A stretch of 64,000 bases of DNA, from assembly GCA_016839745.1 (NCBI GenBank), contig JAEOTS010000009.1, positions 18,131-82,130 of the forward strand, read 5' to 3'. Positions 48,549 to 58,430 of the stretch are shown here, piece by piece. Positions within the stretch are counted from its first letter, which is position 1. The number at the start of each line of letters is the position of its first letter. This DNA is from Promethearchaeota archaeon. Lineage in GTDB: Archaea > Asgardarchaeota > Lokiarchaeia > Sigyniarchaeales > SOKP01. The notes beneath the pieces are model-generated. The model saw only the letters and a list, made by a program, of their open reading frames with translations. It was not told the origin of the DNA and did no database searches. A program made the position numbers and the translations under genes.

Positions 48549-50216
48549 TTAAACACCTCCTCCGTAAGCAAAAATTTCTGCTCGTATTTGATCCCCCGTA
48601 AAGTGATGGATAATTATTGCTTTTTTAGGACAACTTGCTCCACACAGTCCACATCCTTTGCAAACTACTTTATTAACAATTGCAGTGTCTGTAATTTCAT
48701 CTTTTGTAATAGCTTTATAGGGACAAATTTTTATGCAGGCTTCACATCCAATACATAATTCCTCTATAACTTCTGCGGTTGATCCTTCTACTTCTAAAGT
48801 ATCTTTCCATAAAATTCTAGAAGCCCGCGAAGCCGCTGCATTAGCTTGACTAGTACTTTCGGCTATATCGGCGGGCCAATGCGCAGATCCGCACATAAAA
48901 ATACCATCAGTTGCAAAATCTACGGGTCTTAGTTTCACATGAGCCTCTAAGAAGAAATTATTTTCTTCTAATGGAACTTTAAGCATTTTCGCTAACTTAT
49001 CTGAATCCTCATTTGCGATAAGCGGAGTAGATAAGACTACAAGATCCTGTGGTATTTCAATTTCTTGGTTTAGTGAGTCACTATATACCTTTACTACACC
49101 TTTCTTAATAATTGGAGGTTTTTCTGGTAAGTATTTAATGAATAAGATACTCATCTCTCTGGCTTTTCGATAATATTTCTCATAAACCGTTCCAGATGCT
49201 TGAATATCTTGGAATAATATGGTTATATGAGCATTGGGATTTTTTTCCTTAATTAGCATGGCGTTTTTCATTGCAGTCATGCAACAAATATTGGAACAAT
49301 ATTTTCTTACTTCATTTCGACAACCAACACACAATATCATTGTAATGTTATTAGAACTAATTTGATCAGCCTTCAATAATTTCTCCAAGTCCAATTGGCT
49401 AATTATGTTTTTTTTATTATATCCATACAAGCCATCTGGTGTTAAAGGAATTGCGCCAGTTGCTATAATAATTACCCCCGCGTCTATTTCGATGGTTTTA
49501 TCGTTTTGTTTAACAGAAATTTTATAATTTCCAATGAAACCATCAACTTTTTCGATTACTGAGGATTTGTAAACTTTAATTTTTTCATGAGATTCGATTA
49601 AATCTAAAGTCTCTAATAACTTTGAAGCATCCTCATTACTGGGATATACTTTATTAAGGGATCTAAGGAGTCCCCCTAACTCTTTTTCTTTTTCAATTAA
49701 CGAGACTTCAAATCCTTGATTGCCCAGGTTTAGAGCTGCGGTCATTCCTGCTATTCCACCACCTATTACAATAGCTGAAGGAGTGATCGACACTTTTATT
49801 CTTTCTAATGGTTCCAATAAAGCTGCTTTGTGAACGCTCATCCTAATAAGGTCCTTAGCTTTAATCGTTCCTTTTTCTGGCTCCTTCATATGAACCCAAG
49901 AGTCCTGGTCTCTAATATTTACCATTTCGAATAAGTAAGGATTTAGACCAGCTTCTTGGCATATGGCTCTAAATAAGGGTTCATGAGTTCTCGGAGAACA
50001 AGAAGCTACGATAACGCGATTTAACTCGTGTTCTTTTATATTTTCTTTAATTTCAGTCAATCCTACTTCGGAACAAGTATAAAGGTTATCCGCTGAATAG
50101 GTTACATTTGGTAATGTTTTAGCATATTCCGCTAAAGACGGAACATCTAATACACCGCCAATATTAGTCCCGCAATGACATACAAATACCCCAATTCTAA
50201 TATCTTCGTCTGTCAT
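48549..50216 (-). CDS. hdrA: HdrA-like flavoprotein (equivalent to the second module of the fusion)
   Basis: RIGVFVCHCG, ASCSPRTHEPLF, NIRDQ.SWVH, GGGIAG, YCSNICC, EAHVKLRP and two C-terminal ferredoxin motifs. Confidence 0.92.
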   Translation of the reverse strand: MTDEDIRIGVFVCHCGTNIGGVLDVPSLAEYAKTLPNVTYSADNLYTCSEVGLTEIKENIKEHELNRVIVASCSPRTHEPLFRAICQEAGLNPYLFEMVNIRDQDSWVHMKEPEKGTIKAKDLIRMSVHKAALLEPLERIKVSITPSAIVIGGGIAGMTAALNLGNQGFEVSLIEKEKELGGLLRSLNKVYPSNEDASKLLETLDLIESHEKIKVYKSSVIEKVDGFIGNYKISVKQNDKTIEIDAGVIIIATGAIPLTPDGLYGYNKKNIISQLDLEKLLKADQISSNNITMILCVGCRNEVRKYCSNICCMTAMKNAMLIKEKNPNAHITILFQDIQASGTVYEKYYRKAREMSILFIKYLPEKPPIIKKGVVKVYSDSLNQEIEIPQDLVVLSTPLIANEDSDKLAKMLKVPLEENNFFLEAHVKLRPVDFATDGIFMCGSAHWPADIAESTSQANAAASRASRILWKDTLEVEGSTAEVIEELCIGCEACIKICPYKAITKDEITDTAIVNKVVCKGCGLCGASCPKKAIIIHHFTGDQIRAEIFAYGGGV

Positions 50217-50220
50217 TTTT

Positions 50221-51516
50221 TTATACCCTCATTACTGTCTCAGCTGCTTTAGCTGCTGCTCCACTTGCGTCTATTACTGAATTTGGGATGTCCATTGGTT
50301 CTCTACAAGCCCCACAAAGGAAGATTCCTTCTTTGGTTGATTTTTGGGGATAGTAGGTCATCCCTTTGAAAAAATTAAATTCATCAAGCTTAATTCCTAA
50401 AATTTCTGACAATTTCACTGCGTCTTTATTTGGAATCATACTCGTTGCTAAAATAACTAAGTCAAATTGAAGTTCTTTCACTTCAAACGTGTTTATATCT
50501 TCATAAACAACAATAGGATTTTTTTGTTCGTCTTGTAAAATTTTTGCAACCTTTCCTTTAACATATTCAATTGCGTAATCTTCCGAACCTCTCTGAATAT
50601 ACTTTCGAAATCCTTTTCCACCGGCTCTTAGATCAATGTAAAATATCGATGTTTGAATTTCATTATCGTGTTCATAAGCGATCATAGCTTCTTTAGTTGT
50701 ATACATACAACAACAAGAGGAGCAATAGGGATTATTTTTTAAGTCTCTTGAACCTACGCAATTAATAAACGCGAGTTTTTTTGGTTCTTTTTTATCGAAA
50801 GGCCTAATTAAATGCCCATCTAAAGGCCCAGAAGCGCAAATCAATCGTTCAAACTCTAACGAAGTTACAACATTAGGAAATCGTTCATACCCTAAGGAGA
50901 TAATAGATTTAGGATTAAACACATCGTATCCTATAGCAGCTATGATCGATGCCACGTTTATTTCAATTTCCTTATCTTCCTGATCGAAATCTATTGCTTC
51001 TCTCTCACATGCTTTTTCACATAATCTACAAGCGGATTTCGTAAACCATAAGCATTTTTCTTTATCAATTGACATGATGGCGGGAACTCCTTGAACATAA
51101 TCAATAAAGATCGCTCTCCGCTTTCTTAATTGCATATCGAAATCGTCATCTACTCTCATAGGACATTTTTCAACACATAACCCACAATTAATACAAGCAT
51201 CTTCTTTCACATACCGTGCATGGGTTAATACTTTAACCGTGAAATTACCAGCAGTCCCCTCAACTTTTTGGACTTCTGATAGTGTGCGAAGCGTAATATT
51301 TGGATGTCGAGAACATTCTGCAAGTTTTGGTGCTAAAATGCATATAGAACAATCGTTCGTAGGGAATGTTTTATCAAGCTGGGCCATTCTTCCTCCAATA
51401 CACGCGTTTTTCTCTATTAAATCAACCTTTATACCTCTTTCAGCTAAATCTAATGAAGCTTGAATCCCAGCTATACCTGCTCCAATAACCATAACGCTTT
51501 TTAACCTTCCGTCCAA
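50221..51516 (-). CDS. hdrA: HdrA-like flavoprotein (equivalent to the first module of the fusion)
   Basis: GAGIAG, QLDKTFPTNDC, inserted ferredoxin and CVGSR..YCSSCCC motifs; TTG start after GGTGA. Confidence 0.92.
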   Translation of the reverse strand: MDGRLKSVMVIGAGIAGIQASLDLAERGIKVDLIEKNACIGGRMAQLDKTFPTNDCSICILAPKLAECSRHPNITLRTLSEVQKVEGTAGNFTVKVLTHARYVKEDACINCGLCVEKCPMRVDDDFDMQLRKRRAIFIDYVQGVPAIMSIDKEKCLWFTKSACRLCEKACEREAIDFDQEDKEIEINVASIIAAIGYDVFNPKSIISLGYERFPNVVTSLEFERLICASGPLDGHLIRPFDKKEPKKLAFINCVGSRDLKNNPYCSSCCCMYTTKEAMIAYEHDNEIQTSIFYIDLRAGGKGFRKYIQRGSEDYAIEYVKGKVAKILQDEQKNPIVVYEDINTFEVKELQFDLVILATSMIPNKDAVKLSEILGIKLDEFNFFKGMTYYPQKSTKEGIFLCGACREPMDIPNSVIDASGAAAKAAETVMRV

Positions 51517-51949
51517 ATCTGTTCACCGTATATTATTTAAGGTTTTGTTATACGACTCGAAACTAAATTGCTACCGAGGATTTATTGAAAATTTCATTTT
51601 TAAGAAAAATTTTTTCTTATTAATTTAATTACTCTTAACATTTTCTAATGAATCGTTCAATAATATTATTAGAACCGATGATTCTATATAAAATTTTTAT
51701 TAAAAAAAGTAAAAAAGTGTGGAATTATTGTGATAATCAATAAAAAAATGCGGAAAAAATCAATTTCCTCAAAAAAAATATAACTAATCAAGAAGAAATG
51801 TTATTTTTTTGTTTGATTTAATTTATTTAGAAGAATAATCTTATAATAGATGACGGTATTTTTATTAATAGTATTAAGATGTTTTAATTACAGAATGGAC
51901 TACTATAAAACAAATTATTAGTGCAAAAGATAAATAAGAGTTAAGAATA

Positions 51950-53059
51950 ATGACTGAAAACGAAGTTAAACCTAAATCCTTTGTAGATCTTATCAAAGAG
52001 GTTCACGAAAAAGGTATTTGTGGAGAATGTGGTGGATGTGTTAGTTTTTGTTCTGCTGCTGAAATAGGAGCCATTGATATCTCTACAACGGGGTTACCCT
52101 ATTATTCAAATGAAGAAAATTGCCTTCATTGTGGCATTTGCTATTTAATCTGCCCCGAAATTCACGAATTAGACGAAGAATTAAATGAGAGATTTAATTT
52201 TAAGCCCCCAATAGGTAATTGGTCTAAAATAGTAACAGCTCAAGCCAGTGATCCTCAGATACAAAAGTTTGCTACAGATGGTGGAGTGGTTACCGCAATA
52301 TTGATTGCCTTATTAGAAAATAACTTAATTGATGCAGCGATTGTAGCAAAAAAAATAGGTCCCTTTCAAAGAACACCTTTCTTTGCTAAAAATAAGCAAG
52401 ATATCATAGACGCGATAGGAACAAACTATAACATAGAAGGTCCTGTTTCAGAGTTAGGAAAATACAACACTTTCGTTCCAACGATTACAGAATTAAAAAA
52501 AGTAGTTAGTTCTGATAAAATGAAAATAGCGGTTGTCGGAGTTCCATGCCAAATTCATTCCATAAGAAAAATGCAAGAGTTAAAAATAATTCCTGCTCAT
52601 GTAGTCGAATACACATTGGGGCTATTTTGTTACGAGAATTTTAAATTTGACGACGCTGCTAGGGCGAGAATAGAAGAAAGATTTAATTTCTCTTTTAATG
52701 ATATTGAAAAGATGAATATTAAGGAGAACTTAATTATAAATCTTAAAAACAAAGATGAACCACTGATAATAGAATTTTCAGATCTACAAGATATTATGAG
52801 ACATGCGTGTAGAGTATGTGAAAATTTTACGAATTACTTCGCAGATATTTCTTTTGGGGGAATTGCATCGCAACAAGGATTAACCACCACTTTAATTCGT
52901 ACTAAAGCTGGAGAGAAGATATACAAACTTGCTTTAAACAAAGGATATATTAACGAACCCAGCGATTCCAATACCTCTATCGAAAAATCGAAAATGATAG
53001 CTCAAATTATAAGCTTTAGTAAAAGAAAAGCTAATAGAGCAGAAGAATTTCAACCTTAA
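51950..53059 (+). CDS. FrhB/FdhB-family (F420-binding) flavoprotein with an N-terminal ferredoxin (FpoF-like)
   Basis: CGECGGCVSFC, CLHCGICYLICP, DGGVVT, GVPCQ, GLFC..NF and C..C..F...ADISFG motifs. Confidence 0.88.
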   Translation: MTENEVKPKSFVDLIKEVHEKGICGECGGCVSFCSAAEIGAIDISTTGLPYYSNEENCLHCGICYLICPEIHELDEELNERFNFKPPIGNWSKIVTAQASDPQIQKFATDGGVVTAILIALLENNLIDAAIVAKKIGPFQRTPFFAKNKQDIIDAIGTNYNIEGPVSELGKYNTFVPTITELKKVVSSDKMKIAVVGVPCQIHSIRKMQELKIIPAHVVEYTLGLFCYENFKFDDAARARIEERFNFSFNDIEKMNIKENLIINLKNKDEPLIIEFSDLQDIMRHACRVCENFTNYFADISFGGIASQQGLTTTLIRTKAGEKIYKLALNKGYINEPSDSNTSIEKSKMIAQIISFSKRKANRAEEFQP

Positions 53060-53383
53060 AATGAAATTTATTGTTTAGTTTTAAGTTTCTCTTTTTATTG
53101 GGAATCCATTTGGTGAAAATCCTTATAATACTCTGAATGACCTATAATGTTAAGATATAAACATATTTAAATGCTTAATTTTATTACTTAAATGACATTT
53201 ATATACAATTTTGGGATATTGTAGACTTCATTTATTACGATAGAGAGAACAATGTGATTTTACGCAGAAGATAAGAGTCATATTATCCATATATTAATCC
53301 CAATTAAAAACTCATTTAAGTTAATGATCAAATAATAAACATCTATTGTAATAAGAGTCCGACGAAAGCTTTACTGGGAACAA

Positions 53384-54091
53384 TTGGATTCAAAAAACGA
53401 GCAGTTCATCATGAAAATAACAGTTTCGGGCCCAACACAGAGCGGTAAGTCAAGTTTCATTAAGTACTTTGACGAAAAAGCTTTGAATGTAGAGGCAAAA
53501 GCCAGAGACAACAAGTATTATACAGTTGGAATGGATTTAGGTAGCGTTAAATTAAATGGGTTTGATGTCTTCTTATTTGGAACTCCTGGTTTATTAAGAT
53601 TTAATGTTATGAGAGATGTTGTCGTGCGAGGAGCTGATGGTCTAATTTTTATATTTGATGCGGCTCACCCAGAAAAAGACGAAGATGCAATTATAATTTT
53701 AAATTCTCTTAGAAAGGTTCTAAGTCCCGATATACCAATAGTATATTTAGCAAATAAACAAGATGTTGCAGGAGCACGACATGCCGAAGTAGTGAGGTCC
53801 CAGAATTATCTTCGTGAAGATTCAGTGATTTTTCCAACTAACACCAGAACAGGAGAAAACTTAGAAGAGGCGTTGAAATTTCTTGTGAATCGAATATACG
53901 ATCATTATTCTTCGCTCCTCACAGTGCTCCGTTCATACGAAACAAACATAGAAGGTTTGCAAGAAAAGCTGAATAAGAATCCCGTTGAAATGAGAGATTT
54001 GTTAAATAACCTTGAAATAAAGAGATTTATTGAAGTTGACAGGATAAATAAAACCTATAAGGTAAAACATGGGTTAAAACTCTTAATATAA
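53384..54091 (+). CDS. Small GTPase (MglA/CvnD-like) with a C-terminal wHTH-like tail
   Basis: GPTQSGKS, TVGMDLG, FGTPG, GADG and NKQD motifs. Confidence 0.85.
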   Translation: MDSKNEQFIMKITVSGPTQSGKSSFIKYFDEKALNVEAKARDNKYYTVGMDLGSVKLNGFDVFLFGTPGLLRFNVMRDVVVRGADGLIFIFDAAHPEKDEDAIIILNSLRKVLSPDIPIVYLANKQDVAGARHAEVVRSQNYLREDSVIFPTNTRTGENLEEALKFLVNRIYDHYSSLLTVLRSYETNIEGLQEKLNKNPVEMRDLLNNLEIKRFIEVDRINKTYKVKHGLKLLI

Positions 54092-54100
54092 CCTCTAAAT

Positions 54101-56014
54101 TTAAATTTGAGATAATTCTGAGGGTATTATTTCTTCTTTTCCGAATTTTTTTTGCATATCTATCAGATCATTTCTCTGCTTAAAGAGAACATCCCAGAAG
54201 AATTTTGGAATTTCCTTTTCTGCCTTGTACATCTCTTCCATACGGTTTAATTTATTAAGCAGAAAACTAATTCTAAGCGTGAATTGCTCGATATAATCCT
54301 CATGAGAATAATCTTGATTTAATTCTAACTTGAAAAGATTTTTCAAATCTTCATATTTCGGAAGATAACCAATTGGTGAATTAATAGCTTCGTAATCTCC
54401 TTTGGTGCGTCCTTCTGCCCATATAACCCATACTTTTTTATCTAAAATGCCATTTAAATAGTTTCCATCCTTTCCTTTAAGAAAGTAGTTCGTTGAAAAT
54501 ACTTGGGGACAATGCTTCAATTGGTGGCCAAATTTTTGGTGGTTTTTTAGATATTTACCTAGTGGGACAACCAAGAAATCGAGATTTGCCATTGGGCTAG
54601 CTTTTCTAACGCCGACAGCACCAAGAGTTGCGGTTGTTGTTTCAGATTCGATAATAGCCCCTAAAAAAATTCCATGCTCCCAATTAATGCTTTCCACTAC
54701 GGGAGGCATTGTATCTGAATCCCTTCCGCCGTAAAATATTCCGTGGATTGGTACTCCATCAGGATCTTCTAATTTAGGATCACAATTAGAAAGATCCATA
54801 AGGTTAATTGTATATCGAGCATTTGGGTGGGCGTGGGTTACTTTATTACCGTTTTTATCGGTCATTCCATCAATCCAGTCACCATAATGATTAAAGCCAT
54901 CTTTGGGATGATCTACACCCATTCCAATCCAATAGGGTTTACCATCTTTTACGAGAACGTTAGAATAAATTAATTCTCTTGGAGAAGTAAGCGCTTCGTA
55001 AATCACTGGATCGTTTTTTGCGTTTACATCTTTAATAATTCCAAAAATTCCCTTCTCTATGTTGACGGCGTGAGCAAAACCATCTTTCCACGAACGTAAA
55101 TATGCAATATCATCCCCTACAATCAGTTGTCCGGGAAGCATCGCAGTTGATGTTTTTCCGCAAGCACTTGGAAAAGCTCCGGTAAAATAGGTTACTCGAT
55201 TTTTTCCTTTCGGGCGAACTCCTAATATAAAATAATGTTCCGTGAGCCAATCTTCATTATTTGCTTTATGTATTGCTAAGCGTAAGGCTAATTTTTTTAA
55301 TCCAAGAGAATTTCCGGCATATTGGTTATTAACAGTCAATACTCGCCCTTCTTGTAAATCAACAAATATTCTACGTTTGTCAATATTCTTGGTGACGGGA
55401 GGGTTTCCCACAAGCTCCCCTGCAGAATGTATAAAGTAAAAGAAATCGTTGGATCCATTCAATTCCCTGAATTCTTCATACCCTTTTCGATATAAAAGAT
55501 CTTCAGAATGAGCAACATAAAACGAATCTGTGAGTTGTAATGCTCCAATAGTAAATTTTGAGTGCAATGGTCCAAGACAAAAAAACCTAACGAGACATTC
55601 CTTGCCTTTCATACACCCATCCATAATGTCTAAAATTTCTTCGAGACCTTCATCTCTATCCATAGTATTAATCCAGGGGCTTCGATATGCGCCTTTTGGA
55701 ATTAGGACTTTAGTATTTTCTTTATCTCTTGCTTGATCATAATAGCTATCGTAGTGAATAGTATGTCCTTCTGTTTGGAGTGTAGATTCTTCTTGATTAG
55801 ATACAGATTTCTGTTTCACATATTCAATATCCTCTTTAGAATCAGAGATTACAGTAACTTTACTTGGTTTACAGAGATCTACAAATTGGTTTACAATTTT
55901 TAATACATCCTCATTTTGTAAAGCATATAACTTCTTAACATCCTTTTGAGAAATTAACGCATTATCAACATATTTCGAAAAAGCTTCTTTATAATACATT
56001 TTAATCAGTATCAA
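54101..56014 (-). CDS. pckG: Phosphoenolpyruvate carboxykinase (GTP)
   Basis: DQAR, QLTDS.YV.HS, YAGN..GLKK, WL.EH, AFPSACGKT, GDDI, HPNAR and GGRD motifs. The true start is probably the ATG near 55999. Confidence 0.94.
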   Translation of the reverse strand: MILIKMYYKEAFSKYVDNALISQKDVKKLYALQNEDVLKIVNQFVDLCKPSKVTVISDSKEDIEYVKQKSVSNQEESTLQTEGHTIHYDSYYDQARDKENTKVLIPKGAYRSPWINTMDRDEGLEEILDIMDGCMKGKECLVRFFCLGPLHSKFTIGALQLTDSFYVAHSEDLLYRKGYEEFRELNGSNDFFYFIHSAGELVGNPPVTKNIDKRRIFVDLQEGRVLTVNNQYAGNSLGLKKLALRLAIHKANNEDWLTEHYFILGVRPKGKNRVTYFTGAFPSACGKTSTAMLPGQLIVGDDIAYLRSWKDGFAHAVNIEKGIFGIIKDVNAKNDPVIYEALTSPRELIYSNVLVKDGKPYWIGMGVDHPKDGFNHYGDWIDGMTDKNGNKVTHAHPNARYTINLMDLSNCDPKLEDPDGVPIHGIFYGGRDSDTMPPVVESINWEHGIFLGAIIESETTTATLGAVGVRKASPMANLDFLVVPLGKYLKNHQKFGHQLKHCPQVFSTNYFLKGKDGNYLNGILDKKVWVIWAEGRTKGDYEAINSPIGYLPKYEDLKNLFKLELNQDYSHEDYIEQFTLRISFLLNKLNRMEEMYKAEKEIPKFFWDVLFKQRNDLIDMQKKFGKEEIIPSELSQI

Positions 56015-56148
56015 GTTAATGTCTTAAGAAGTTAAAAAAGCATTAAAAAACTTATTAAAGCGGATTATTGAATTTTTTTTAGAAGATGTTAATTATTATA
56101 TAAAATAAATAAAAAAATTAAGAAAAAATAGAAATTTCAAATAGTTTA

Positions 56149-57735
56149 TTATAATCCAGGTGGGCGACTACCCTTGGCACTGATAATTCTGTCTACTCTT
56201 AAAATCAAGTTTGCCAATTCGCTTCCAGCTTTGATTACATGGTTAACTAAAGCCGCAGGTTCAATTATTCCCTTCTCAAAATTATCTCCAATTTCGTTAG
56301 TAAGGGTATCAATTCCTTTCCATTTATCGTTTTCAGTTTTATGAGCAGCACGTAATTCAGTCATGTTTTCTATTTCGTCTAAACCTGCGTTTTTGATTAA
56401 AGTTTTTGGAATTTCTTCTAAGGCAACTGCAAACGCATATACAGCGAGCTGTTCTTTACCGCTCATTTCGTTTGCATATTCTCTTAATCTTTTCGCAAGT
56501 TCAATGTATATTGCCCCACCACCAGCAACAACGGCTTCGGTGTCCATAACTTTTGCAACTACTGAAAGCACATCGTGTAAAGTGATCTCAGCAGAATTTA
56601 AGATTTTCTCTAAACCTCCTTTAAGCAGTATCGAAACAGATTTGGGATTTTTACAACCCGTAAATAGTGTATACTCATTGTTGGCAAGTTTTTCAAATTT
56701 TATCTTCTCTGCGAAACCTAAGTCTTCTTCGGTTAAAGAATGAAGATCGTCAACTGTGTTAGCTCCAATTGCTTTTGTTACAGCTTTCATATCAGAATCT
56801 CCGAGATTTTTGATTGCTGCTATACCTTCCTTTGCTAAATAAGCTCCAAATTTATCAGATATGTCTTTATTGTTAACAACCATATTCACGCCTAAATCTG
56901 TAAAAATTTTCAAGTAATCAATGAGAATTTTTTCTTCTTGTTCGAGAAATTTTTGGATGTCAGCAGGATTTGAAATTCTTATTTGAGCATCAAATTCTGT
57001 TTTTACGACGTCAAGTTTTCTTCTAATAACTGCAATTTTCGCATTTTTTACTACATCAGGCATTGCGGCGTTTACTTTCTCTTTCTCTATATAAACACCA
57101 TTTATCAGCTCAGACTCTCTTAGCGATTTCCCAGGAACTTTTACAATTTTGACATTTCCTACTTTCGAGAAGGTGTTTCCATCTTCTCCCCTTATGTGTT
57201 TTATAGCTTTTACAGTCAATTCAGCGAAATAATCTTTTACTCCTACTATATCTTTAGAGTTCATAGCGGTTTTAGCGGCATCTATAAGTATCTTATCATC
57301 ATCTTGAGATATTTTGGCAGCCAATTCATTTACCAGTTTTAAAGCTCTATCTGCTGCTAGTTTATAACCGTGAGTAATGGGTTTTGGATGAACATTCTGT
57401 TCGATAAGTTCAAGAGCATTTCCCAGTAAAGCAGCTGAAAATATAACAGCAGTAGTAGTGCCATCTCCGATGTCCTCATCAATAGATTTAGCGATGTTTA
57501 CCATCATATTTGCAGCAACATTATCTATATCAAGTAGTTTTAGAATTTCAGCACCATCGTTTGTTATTGTAACATCTCCTACAGAATCTACAAGCATTTT
57601 ATTCATACCTCTCGGTCCAAGCGTAGATTTGACTGTTTCGGTAATTGCCATAATAGCATTTATGTTTTGCATGCGAGCTTCTTTTTCTTTCGTTTCTTCT
57701 GTTCCTTCTCTGAGAATTATAATCGGTACAGACAT
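56149..57735 (-). CDS. Group II chaperonin (thermosome subunit)
   Basis: TLGPRGMNKM, TNDGA, GDGTTT, AGGGA and LILRVD motifs. Confidence 0.95.
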   Translation of the reverse strand: MSVPIIILREGTEETKEKEARMQNINAIMAITETVKSTLGPRGMNKMLVDSVGDVTITNDGAEILKLLDIDNVAANMMVNIAKSIDEDIGDGTTTAVIFSAALLGNALELIEQNVHPKPITHGYKLAADRALKLVNELAAKISQDDDKILIDAAKTAMNSKDIVGVKDYFAELTVKAIKHIRGEDGNTFSKVGNVKIVKVPGKSLRESELINGVYIEKEKVNAAMPDVVKNAKIAVIRRKLDVVKTEFDAQIRISNPADIQKFLEQEEKILIDYLKIFTDLGVNMVVNNKDISDKFGAYLAKEGIAAIKNLGDSDMKAVTKAIGANTVDDLHSLTEEDLGFAEKIKFEKLANNEYTLFTGCKNPKSVSILLKGGLEKILNSAEITLHDVLSVVAKVMDTEAVVAGGGAIYIELAKRLREYANEMSGKEQLAVYAFAVALEEIPKTLIKNAGLDEIENMTELRAAHKTENDKWKGIDTLTNEIGDNFEKGIIEPAALVNHVIKAGSELANLILRVDRIISAKGSRPPGL

Positions 57736-57839
57736 AATTTTACCTTTTTTTTGTTTTTAAAAATTATTAATTTTTGTTTTTATTAATGACTCAATTTATA
57801 AGAATTTTATGATTAGGAGATCATTTAAAAATAAAAATT

Positions 57840-58409
57840 TTGAGATTGGAAAATTATATAAAATATTCAATAAATACTTGCAATGTTGAACAAATTTTAA
57901 GGATAGAATTATTTTCTCACTTATTAAAGATGAAAGAAGAATCTGTAAACGGAAAAATAAAAATTACGCTTGACGATATAGATGAGGCTATTATAAAAAT
58001 ATTGCAAGAAAACGCCAAAACATCTTATCGAGTAATCCAAGATGAGTTAAAAATTTCAATAGGCACAATCCACAATCGAATCTCTAAGTTGGAGGAAAAC
58101 AAGGTAATTGAAGGGTATACTCTTAAACTTAATAACGAAATATTAGGTTATAAGTTAACATTTTTAATAAGAATAAACATAGATGGGAAGCATACCCCAG
58201 AAATTTTGGAAGAAATAACAAAAAAACCAGAAGTTTGTTCAGTCTTTCACACGACAGGAGAACAATCTGCTGCATTAATTTGCAGATTTAAAGAAGCTCA
58301 AGATGTCCATAATTTTATACGGGACCTAAATGAAAAGGAATATGTAACGAAAACTAATTCAAATATGGTTCTAAAAGAATATAAAAATTCTTCAATTGTT
58401 CTTTCATAA
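57840..58409 (+). CDS. Lrp/AsnC-family transcriptional regulator
   Basis: LDDIDEAIIKILQENAKTSYR....L.ISIGTIHNRI. The true start is probably the ATG near 57930. Confidence 0.88.
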   Translation: MRLENYIKYSINTCNVEQILRIELFSHLLKMKEESVNGKIKITLDDIDEAIIKILQENAKTSYRVIQDELKISIGTIHNRISKLEENKVIEGYTLKLNNEILGYKLTFLIRINIDGKHTPEILEEITKKPEVCSVFHTTGEQSAALICRFKEAQDVHNFIRDLNEKEYVTKTNSNMVLKEYKNSSIVLS

Positions 58410-58430
58410 AAACATTAGCAATAAATTATC

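Noticed and set aside
50210-50230. Frameshift or sequencing error splitting one hdrA at an A-run
   Set aside because: The downstream gene has its own ATG and GAGGG RBS, and the linker present in the fused paralogue is missing, so the split looks genuine.
44314-51516. Selenocysteine (in-frame TGA) in HdrA/MvhD, and also in MsrB and DsrE, which are selenoproteins in some organisms
   Set aside because: All these ORFs are full length with Cys codons at the motif positions; there is no in-frame TGA.
53130-53375. Hammerhead ribozyme (GAGTCCGACGAAA)
   Set aside because: No correctly placed CTGANGA core and no supporting stems.
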